64,000 nt of DNA from Bacillales bacterium (GTDB lineage: Bacteria > Bacillota > Bacilli > Bacillales > Bacillaceae_J): the NCBI GenBank assembly GCA_012840465.1, contig DULJ01000061.1, forward strand, positions 30,331-94,330. Reading direction: 5' to 3'. The notes under the pieces are model-generated. The model was given only the letters and a program-made list of their open reading frames with translations, ran no database searches and was not told the DNA's origin. This document shows, in pieces, positions 57,338 through 64,000 of the stretch; the stretch's first letter is position 1; every line of letters starts with the position of its first letter. The translations under genes and the position numbers were made by a program.

Positions 57338-59383
57338 ATGAACAGTTCTGTATATGAGCTGGAACTGAGTCGATGGGGAGTTTACAATAATGGTTCACAT
57401 CCAATTGAAACAACGAAAGGGATTAATGCTGCACTTGTTTGGGCAAAAGACAATGGTTTTAAAACATTCAAAATTCCCGATGGCACTTATTTAATTGCTA
57501 AAGGGACACAACAGGGAGATCCCGAATCTAGAATAAATATGGTTAGTGATATGGATCTACTCTTAAGCGACAAAACTATCCTTCGAAAGGAAAGTAATGA
57601 ATTTGAAATGTATTCAGTTTTGTATCTCGGTGTTGAAGTGAAAAATGTAACTATTAAAGGCGGTACGGTCCAGGGGGATCGTGACACCCATGATTATTCA
57701 AAAAAAGGGGCACATACAGCAGGAACACATGAATGGGGATATGGGATTGAGCTTGTTGGAGTTAAGAATGTCGTTGTCGACGGTGTTAAGTTAGAAAAGT
57801 TCACTGGTGATGGATTAATTGTATCTGGTACGACTATCACGGGAACCTATATTACTGAATCTCAATTAGAATCTGGTGGAATCGATGATAATGGAAATCC
57901 CATTGCAAAGGCAGGGAAGGTACGTTCAAACAGTAGAAGTGTAACCAATTTTGATAATCCAGTATACCAAAAATATCGAAATATTTATTTTTGGTTTCCA
58001 GAAGGAGTTACACCAGACAGTACGGTCGATGTTTATTATTATCGAAAAGATGGAAGCTTTATAAAAACAGATAAAGATCTAAGGTATTTTAATGGAGAAT
58101 CTATAATTCCAACCGGAGCGGATTATTTTCGTGCGGTATTTGATGCCCCCTCAACGAAAGGTGTTAAAGTTAATCGAATGACGGTCGATATTTCAAAACA
58201 TGTTACGATTAAAAATTGCGACATTGGCTATAACAGGAGACAGGGAATAAGTCTGGTCGGTTCAGATAGTGTGGAAATTCTTCAGAATCATATCCACCAT
58301 ACAAGTGGAACGGCTCCACAAAGCGGAATTGATATTGAGCCAGGTTTTTATCCCGGAAATAATACTGTCATTAAGTGGAATAAATTTGCAGAAAATAAAA
58401 TTCAAATCGTTCTTGCGTATGGTGAAAATGCCTTAATCGAAGGTAACACATTAAATCAAACGATTGACGGAGGTGTTGGAGTTCATGTGCATGAAGGGTT
58501 TCGAGGAGATATCTATGTAAATAAAAATAGATTCAATGGTTCGGGGCTGACGCTTAAAGCAGATAACATTACCTCAAACCAAAACACTTTCTTAAATTGT
58601 CAGGTAAGCTTACAAGGGAAAAATAATATAATTAGTAATTCAAAATTTATGGATGCAAGCTTAGCTATTGGGAATGCTGAGAATCAAAAAGCTGTTAATT
58701 TATCCATTCAACATAATGGTGTACGTTCAAGTCTTTATCTTGGGGATCAATCTGTCCATTTGAAAAATGTACACATAAAAGCAAAATCGAATGGTAAAGG
58801 TCTTATAAGTGGAGTAGGGAATAACAATAATGTTTATGAAGGTATATCTGTAGAGGATAGTGATCAAAAAGGAACATTACTTCCTGCAGGAGCGTATCAC
58901 CAGTCCTTCTTTGATGCAGGTTGCCTTACTATCAATCGTGTTGGAAGATACGAACTGAATGATTGTATTATAAAAAGTACCGGTAATCTGCTTTCTGTTA
59001 ATAGCACTTATGGAAAACCTGATGTAATAGTTAGTCGCTCAAACCTAGAAATCACAGAAAATATAGGCTATGGTGCTGCTATCTATATTTTGGGTGCGGG
59101 GGGATTTGAATTATTAAATTCTATCCTAATAGCACAAAATAATACTATAAATACTCCCCTAATCAAAATCGGACCGTATGGATACCCATTGCCTACAAAA
59201 GTATTTACTGCATCAATAAAGGAAAATGTGATTATTACTAAAATCAATATTTCTGGAATAGATACTTCAAACGCGGGAACAGATGCCCCTCCATACCTTA
59301 TTGAAAATAACACTCTTTATAATGCAAAATTGAGTTTAAAAACAAATGATATTAATCAGAATAACCAGCGACTGACTGAATAG
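57338..59383 (+). CDS. Right-handed parallel beta-helix repeat protein (pectate-lyase fold, putative polysaccharide depolymerase)
   Basis: N-terminus resembles the pectate_lyase_3 / tailspike-type segment (GINAALVWAKDNGFKTFKIPDGTYLI). Repeated PbH1-like turns (VTIKNCDIGYNRRQGISLVGSDSVEILQNHIHH, NTVIKWNKFAEN, IEGNTLN). No signal peptide is evident. Confidence 0.65.
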   Translation: MNSSVYELELSRWGVYNNGSHPIETTKGINAALVWAKDNGFKTFKIPDGTYLIAKGTQQGDPESRINMVSDMDLLLSDKTILRKESNEFEMYSVLYLGVEVKNVTIKGGTVQGDRDTHDYSKKGAHTAGTHEWGYGIELVGVKNVVVDGVKLEKFTGDGLIVSGTTITGTYITESQLESGGIDDNGNPIAKAGKVRSNSRSVTNFDNPVYQKYRNIYFWFPEGVTPDSTVDVYYYRKDGSFIKTDKDLRYFNGESIIPTGADYFRAVFDAPSTKGVKVNRMTVDISKHVTIKNCDIGYNRRQGISLVGSDSVEILQNHIHHTSGTAPQSGIDIEPGFYPGNNTVIKWNKFAENKIQIVLAYGENALIEGNTLNQTIDGGVGVHVHEGFRGDIYVNKNRFNGSGLTLKADNITSNQNTFLNCQVSLQGKNNIISNSKFMDASLAIGNAENQKAVNLSIQHNGVRSSLYLGDQSVHLKNVHIKAKSNGKGLISGVGNNNNVYEGISVEDSDQKGTLLPAGAYHQSFFDAGCLTINRVGRYELNDCIIKSTGNLLSVNSTYGKPDVIVSRSNLEITENIGYGAAIYILGAGGFELLNSILIAQNNTINTPLIKIGPYGYPLPTKVFTASIKENVIITKINISGIDTSNAGTDAPPYLIENNTLYNAKLSLKTNDINQNNQRLTE

Positions 59384-59444
59384 AATTAGAATCTTGAATA
59401 TACCTTGCCCTTTATTAAGAATAAGTGAAGCGCAGATATATATT

Positions 59445-59468
59445 TATCCACTTAGTGGATATTTTTTT
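59445..59468 (+). terminator. Short rho-independent terminator
   Basis: TATCCA-cttag-TGGATA followed by TTTTTTT. Confidence 0.5.
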
Positions 59469-59522
59469 ATCTATTTTGTCTTTTTTAACGAATAAAAGAA
59501 GTTTGAAAAAGGGGAGCAATTC

Positions 59523-60185
59523 ATGTATGAAATCGTTAAGTCAGTAAGACAGCAAAAACAATTTAAGAATACGTGGGAGTATTTTTGTGATTTTTATGGG
59601 TGGCACAATGACCCATATGCGAAAAACGGGATCCGGTATAATCTTTTATTGCCTAGTAAGAGAAAAAAGGTCATTGGTACGATTGAGTTTATTCCCTACA
59701 ATTCAATGAATCCGGATAGTACTGTTGAAGGGAAATTTCAGTTTTCTAGATTTGATTTCATAATGTCCCATCCAAATCGGGTTTGGGAGATTGATAAGCT
59801 ATGTCTGCATGGGGACTTTCATCGCCAAGGATATTTTGAGAACTTTATGCATGTTTTTTATGACCATTCAAAAAGACATCAGCCTAAATACTATATAGGA
59901 CTTATGGAGAAGCGTTTGTTTAGAATGCTCAGAATTTCATTTGGTTTAGGTCTGAAACAAGCGGGAGAAGCACTTGTTGGCCCTAGCACTGCTCTGATTC
60001 CATTTGTTTTCGATATAGAGGTGCTGCTGCAAGATAAAGAAACAGTAAGAATGTTGCTGTCTAAATCAAAGTTTTCTGAGAAGGACAAAGTCCCAAAATC
60101 CCCTAGGGTCTCCTTATTTAATATACATAGTACAAATAACCTCTTCAGAAGGTTGTTTAATCATATCGACAAAAAACTGGATTGA
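59523..60185 (+). CDS. Hypothetical protein, possible GNAT-fold acyltransferase
   Basis: RBS GGGGAG. The segment VWEIDKLCLHGDFHRQGYFENFMHVFYDH resembles GNAT beta4-alpha3 (motif A, R/Q-x-x-G-x-G/A relaxed). No other recognisable domain. Confidence 0.4.
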   Translation: MYEIVKSVRQQKQFKNTWEYFCDFYGWHNDPYAKNGIRYNLLLPSKRKKVIGTIEFIPYNSMNPDSTVEGKFQFSRFDFIMSHPNRVWEIDKLCLHGDFHRQGYFENFMHVFYDHSKRHQPKYYIGLMEKRLFRMLRISFGLGLKQAGEALVGPSTALIPFVFDIEVLLQDKETVRMLLSKSKFSEKDKVPKSPRVSLFNIHSTNNLFRRLFNHIDKKLD

Positions 60186-60210
60186 CTATTTTTCAAACAG
60201 GGTATATATT
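60182..60210 (+). promoter_or_regulatory. Sigma-A promoter of the orphan precursor-exporter unit
   Basis: TTGACT, 17-nt spacer, TATATT. Overlaps the stop of the upstream gene. Confidence 0.45.
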
Positions 60211-60220
60211 AAAAACGGTG

Positions 60221-60236
60221 GTTCTCTATTAAGAAT
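60221..60236. promoter_or_regulatory. SinR-type operator
   Basis: GTTCTCTATTAAGAAT. A further half site, ATTCTTTAT, lies at 60250. Confidence 0.5.
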
Positions 60237-60325
60237 AATGCAATTCTAGATTCTTTATTAATCAAGGGGAACCCAAGATAATTTACTAGAAATATAGTGA
60301 ATTATGGAGAAAAACACACTATGGT

Positions 60326-60341
60326 GTTCTTTATTAAGAAT
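60326..60341. promoter_or_regulatory. SinR-type operator next to the precursor RBS
   Basis: GTTCTTTATTAAGAAT, 10 nt upstream of GGAGG. Confidence 0.5.
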
Positions 60342-60362
60342 ACATTAAAGGGAGGTGTTAAT

Positions 60363-60536
60363 TTGAAAAAACAATGGAGAAAACCCAACCTAGAGGCTTT
60401 GGAAGTAAAAATGACAATGAAAGGATGGAAACCTTTTTGTCCCCCTGGTAAAGGTGGAGGGACCCCCGGTGGTGGCAATGGGAATGAAAACCACGATGAC
60501 AATAATGACATCCCTGATTTAGGCCTTGATAGCTAA
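60363..60536 (+). CDS. Orphan lasso-type precursor-like peptide (57 aa) with atypical Gly-rich core
   Basis: TTG start 7 nt after GGAGG. Product: (M)KKQWRKPNLEALEVKMTM-KGWKPFCPPGKGGGTPGGGNGNENHDDNNDIPDLGLDS. The leader is colinear with the 27239 precursor leader, and the C-terminal residue is Ser. Confidence 0.7.
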   Translation: MKKQWRKPNLEALEVKMTMKGWKPFCPPGKGGGTPGGGNGNENHDDNNDIPDLGLDS

Positions 60537-60551
60537 GACTTAAGTGATTCG

Positions 60552-60590
60552 AAAGCCTCTTATACAATTAATAGAAGTATAGGGGGCTTT
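60552..60590 (+). promoter_or_regulatory. Stem-loop after the precursor gene (analogous to 27393)
   Basis: AAAGCCTCTTATAC-11 nt-GTATAGGGGGCTTT (14 bp including G-U pairs) with no T-tract. Confidence 0.5.
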
Positions 60591-60666
60591 GGATTTGAAC
60601 TAGTATCGGTTATTTTAACAACGATTAATATGTAGTGTCTTTAATGGAAAATAGGAGAGATGATTT

Positions 60667-62469
60667 TTGAAATACCTCATGTACTATTTCAAACAATTGC
60701 ATACATATGCGGGGAAGATTCTGTATATCAATCTCCTAGGGATGATGGCCATTAGTGTTTTTGAGGGTCTCGCGATTCTATTAATTATCCCCATGATCAA
60801 TGTTAGTGGTGTAATTGATATGAATACCCAAACGATTCCTTTTTTGCATCACTTGGATTTCATGAAAGACAATCCGATGGAGCTTGTACTCCCTATTTTA
60901 CTCGGAGGCTACGTCTTAATCATTCTTGTTCAGCAAATATTGCAAAATAAGCTTACCATACAGATGACCCGTATTAAAGTCGGATTTATCAATTCCTTAC
61001 GATTGAAAATCTATCATTCCGTTCTACAGGTAAAATGGGAGTTCTTTATCAAAAGGAGAAAATCCGATTTAATAAGTGCATTAACAAATGCCCTTGGACG
61101 GGTAAATAGCGGAATTAGCCAGCTGTTAAACTTAATCTCTGCAATCATACATACTATCATTCAGATTGGGATCGCATTTGTATTATCGCCGCAAATAACA
61201 GTATTTGTGTTGACCTGTGGATTCATTATCAGTATTTTTACTAGAAGATACATAACCAAATCCCAAATAATTGGAATTAACACGTCGGAGATTGGCAAAA
61301 GTTATTATGCTGGACTCACAGATCATTTTAATGGGATGAAGGAAATTAAGAGCAATAGGTTAGAAAAAACAATGCATAATTGGCTTGATTCCTTAAATAA
61401 TAGAATTGTTCATGAAAAAATAGAAAATGTTAAATTGCGCAATGAGTCACAGTTGTTCTACAAAGCCGCTTCATCCATTCTCATTGCATTCTTTATTTTT
61501 TTATCACTGAAATTGTTTCATTCAAAGCCTGAGCAATTATTAATTATCGTTTTAATATTTTCCAATCTATGGCCAAAGTTTGCAGGAATACAGCAAAATA
61601 TCGAGATTATAGCATCAGCGATTCCAGCATGTGAGTCATTATTCAACTTGCAAGGAGAATGCGGAATGGAGAGAGAAAGCAATGGCTTCAATCGAAATTC
61701 CAAAAGCGGCCATCACTTGCAAATAGAAAATGGGATTGAGTGTAAGGATGTATATTTCCGATATAATAAAAACGAATCGAATCTTAACTTGCAAAATATC
61801 AGCTTGAATATTCCAGCTAACTGTACAACTGCGATTGTAGGCCGTTCAGGTGCAGGAAAGAGCACACTGATTGATATTTTAATGGGATTACTAAAGCCAG
61901 ATCATGGTCAAGTTGTGATCGATGGGACCCCGATCACTGGTGAAAATGTTTATCAGTTAAGAAAATTAATCAGTTATGTTCCCCAGGATCCATTTCTTTT
62001 TAATGGAAGTATTAGGGATAATCTAATACTGGTTCGTCCCAATGCAAATGAAGAGGAAATGTGGGAAGCCCTAACTTTTGCAGCTGCAGATGAATTTGTG
62101 AAAAGGCTCCCGCAAGGGTTAGATACGATGATCGGTGATAGGGGGATTAGACTTTCAGGTGGAGAACGCCAGCGTCTTGTATTAGCTAGAGCGATATTAA
62201 GAAAACCTTCGATTCTCATTTTAGATGAAGCAACGAGTGCGTTGGATACTGAAAATGAGGCAAAAGTTCAAGAAGCACTTGACCGGTTAAAAGGAACGAT
62301 GACCATCATTGTGATTGCTCATCGCTTTTCGACCATACGCAACGTTGATCAGGTCATCGTTCTTGACAAAGGAGAGCTGATTCAACAAGGAGATTTCGAT
62401 GATTTGGCGCAAGAGAAAAGAGGAGTGTTTAGCCACTTATTAGGGAAACAATTAGAAGTGAGCCGTTAG
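60667..62469 (+). CDS. ABC exporter, fused TMD-NBD, paralog of the lasso D protein at 30385
   Basis: Same length (600 aa) and colinear with 30385..32187 throughout (for example FIKRRKSDL, IIQIGIAF, GRSGAGKSTLID, LSGGERQR, KRGVFSHLL). TTG start behind GGAGAG. Confidence 0.9.
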   Translation: MKYLMYYFKQLHTYAGKILYINLLGMMAISVFEGLAILLIIPMINVSGVIDMNTQTIPFLHHLDFMKDNPMELVLPILLGGYVLIILVQQILQNKLTIQMTRIKVGFINSLRLKIYHSVLQVKWEFFIKRRKSDLISALTNALGRVNSGISQLLNLISAIIHTIIQIGIAFVLSPQITVFVLTCGFIISIFTRRYITKSQIIGINTSEIGKSYYAGLTDHFNGMKEIKSNRLEKTMHNWLDSLNNRIVHEKIENVKLRNESQLFYKAASSILIAFFIFLSLKLFHSKPEQLLIIVLIFSNLWPKFAGIQQNIEIIASAIPACESLFNLQGECGMERESNGFNRNSKSGHHLQIENGIECKDVYFRYNKNESNLNLQNISLNIPANCTTAIVGRSGAGKSTLIDILMGLLKPDHGQVVIDGTPITGENVYQLRKLISYVPQDPFLFNGSIRDNLILVRPNANEEEMWEALTFAAADEFVKRLPQGLDTMIGDRGIRLSGGERQRLVLARAILRKPSILILDEATSALDTENEAKVQEALDRLKGTMTIIVIAHRFSTIRNVDQVIVLDKGELIQQGDFDDLAQEKRGVFSHLLGKQLEVSR

Positions 62470-62569
62470 AATATTTAATAGTACTTTTCCTAAAACCCCC
62501 ATAAACAGTAAGAGGATACGAATTTTGTATATAGAGGATAATCTTTTTAATTTTGGGGAGGAAAATGAA

Positions 62570-64000
62570 ATGAACAAATGGGTGAAGAAATCATTACCGT
62601 TAGCTGTAGCAACAAGTATGGCATTTACAGTTATTCCAGGTGCAGTAGATGCAAAGTCTGATCATGGCAAAGGTAATAACGGAAAAGACAATAACAAAAA
62701 GGTAGAGCAAATAATTAAAAAAACAGACAAGAAGAAATATTATCTTAAAGATGTTGAAACGCATTGGGCGAATCAAGACATTTATAAAATGTACTCGTTA
62801 GGACTAATGTCCGGCTACGATGATTTTACATATCAGCCCAATAAGCCTGTTACTCAACTAGAGGTTATTTCATCACTTGTCAGAGTGTTGGAACTGGACG
62901 GGAAAGACCGGACTCCAAAACTTTCTAATAAAGATTTAAAAGATGTACCTACTTGGGCAAAGACAAGTGTGGCGATTGCAATTGAAGAAAATTTACTTGA
63001 CGGCAAGAAATTTCAACCAAATAAACCGGCAACCCGCTTGTTTATTACAAATTTAATTGTTCAATTAGCAGGGAATAACATTGATGAGAAATGGCGAGAT
63101 GCAACGCCATTATTTAAAGATGTTGATAACTTAAACAAAGAAGAAAAAGCAATTCTGGCATTTGCAGCATTAACCAAACTAGTAAGTGGCTACAACGATA
63201 ACACGTTCCAACCAAATAAACCAGTCACACGCGCTGAAATGGCTGTGTTTATCAATCGTTTATTAAGTTATAAAGAAGAACTGGGTGACTACTATAATGA
63301 ATCTGGTAGTGGAACAATTGTATCCACAGATTCTAGATATTCCGAGATTACTATTAAACAAAGAGTGAAAACGAACGGCGAATGGAAGTATGTAAATAAA
63401 GAGTATACAGTTGATGATGATGCCAAGATTTATATAGATGGCAAAGCAACGACACTTTCAAAATTAACAGCCGCTATGGGTATCGAATTTACGATTGACA
63501 ATTATGGTGACATTATCTTTATTAAGGCTAAGTCTGTAGATAAAGAGGTCAAGGACTATACTTATAACGGTGTCATTACAAAAATTGATAATAATATTGT
63601 CTGGGTCAAAGTGGATCTCGTAACTGTACCGTTTTTAATTAACGGTAATGTTAAAATCACCACGAAATCAGGTACAAAAGCTGTTATTGGCGACTTAAAA
63701 GTGAACCAAAAGATCGCATTCAACTTAAATGCGTCTGGAGCGGTATCAGAAATTCTAGTTGACGGTCAATCTACAGCTACAAATGATGAAATTAAAAAAT
63801 TGATAGCTAAACTTGATGATCTTGAAAAGTTTACAATGGAAATGAACGGCGATAATAATTTCAAAGCTAACCTTTCTTATGAAAAGAAATCAGACAATGA
63901 TTATGTAGCTAGTGTTAAGCTTGAAGGGAAAACAGAATATGACCAAGTCGGTCGCCCTGCACTTAAATACTTAGTGGACCTTTTTGAAAAGAATAGGATT
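62570..64000 (+). CDS. Secreted SLH-domain protein (partial, runs off the window end)
   Basis: ATG 62570 behind GGGGAGGAA. Signal peptide (AFTVIPGAVDA) and three SLH-like repeats (HWANQDIYKMYSLGLMSGYDDFTYQPNKPVTQLE; VPTWAKTSVAIAIEENLL..FQPNKPATR; LAFAALTKLVSGYNDNTFQPNKPVTRAEMA). I read it as an open frame to 64000. Confidence 0.75.
   Translation, partial: MNKWVKKSLPLAVATSMAFTVIPGAVDAKSDHGKGNNGKDNNKKVEQIIKKTDKKKYYLKDVETHWANQDIYKMYSLGLMSGYDDFTYQPNKPVTQLEVISSLVRVLELDGKDRTPKLSNKDLKDVPTWAKTSVAIAIEENLLDGKKFQPNKPATRLFITNLIVQLAGNNIDEKWRDATPLFKDVDNLNKEEKAILAFAALTKLVSGYNDNTFQPNKPVTRAEMAVFINRLLSYKEELGDYYNESGSGTIVSTDSRYSEITIKQRVKTNGEWKYVNKEYTVDDDAKIYIDGKATTLSKLTAAMGIEFTIDNYGDIIFIKAKSVDKEVKDYTYNGVITKIDNNIVWVKVDLVTVPFLINGNVKITTKSGTKAVIGDLKVNQKIAFNLNASGAVSEILVDGQSTATNDEIKKLIAKLDDLEKFTMEMNGDNNFKANLSYEKKSDNDYVASVKLEGKTEYDQVGRPALKYLVDLFEKNRI

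Noticed and set aside
59407-59422. GCCCTTTATTAAGAAT as a further SinR operator, upstream of the GNAT-like gene.
   Set aside because: Only one heptad matches, and it lies before the terminator of the beta-helix gene rather than at a promoter. I do not count it as a regulatory site.
60297-60362. Upstream extension of the orphan precursor ORF (MNYGEKHTMVFFIKNTLKGGVN...).
   Set aside because: The extension runs through the SinR-type box and the GGAGG RBS. The homologous cluster-1 precursor starts at the equivalent MKK position, so TTG 60363 is the sensible start.
19900-62500. The surface/RiPP/eps region as a mobile genomic island.
   Set aside because: I saw no integrase, transposase, tRNA attachment site, flanking direct repeats or phage genes anywhere in the window. 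The internal duplications point to local rearrangement rather than a recognisable mobile element.

Overview
This is a low-GC Firmicutes (Bacillaceae-like) chromosomal window. I found no rRNA or tRNA genes, CRISPR arrays, transposases or integrases.

Positions 1 to about 19.9 kb hold a mix of housekeeping and accessory genes:
- an OmpR-type two-component system followed by a small membrane protein with two HX13H motifs
- an MFS transporter and a Cof-type HAD hydrolase
- an Est-type esterase on the minus strand, preceded by what I read as a SAM-I (S-box) riboswitch
- a stand-alone promoter-to-terminator unit (candidate sRNA)
- a branched-chain aminotransferase, a Lin0512-family protein, a LytTR regulator and an acetyl-CoA hydrolase/transferase
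- an SLH surface protein
- an N-succinylamino-acid racemase/OSBS plus GNAT pair
- a P-type ATPase gene remnant next to a Crp/Fnr regulator
- yojF-bshB2
- sinR with a 51-codon sinI that is missing from the ORF track
- a YbaK-type deacylase and a HesB-like protein

From about 20 kb to 62.5 kb every gene is on the plus strand and the region looks like a surface/biofilm-matrix island:
- a sortase plus a 1326-aa LPXTG collagen-adhesin-like protein
- a paeninodin/pseudomycoidin-type lasso peptide cluster (cyclase, 41-aa precursor, HPr-kinase-like kinase, B1, B2, nucleotidyltransferase, ABC exporter), followed by a DUF218 gene
- an eps-like polysaccharide locus of about 24 kb (epsA/B/C-like genes, galU, an HlyD-like adaptor, about 12 glycosyltransferases, an EpsG polymerase, tagF/tagD-like genes, an in-frame flippase-phosphoglycosyltransferase fusion, epsM/N-like genes)
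- a second SinR/SlrR paralog
- a beta-helix protein
- an orphan second lasso-type precursor with an aberrant Gly-rich core, next to a paralogous ABC exporter and a GNAT-like gene

The observations I rank highest:
1. A 16-bp palindrome equal to two inverted SinR half sites (GTTCTYT) sits on the promoters of the sortase, lasso, eps and orphan-precursor units.
2. The sortase operon leader is a copy of the lasso promoter/leader with a scar where the cyclase gene would be.
3. The orphan precursor cannot form a canonical lasso ring at the conserved cleavage site.

All calls come from reading the sequence and the ORF translations. No database search was run.
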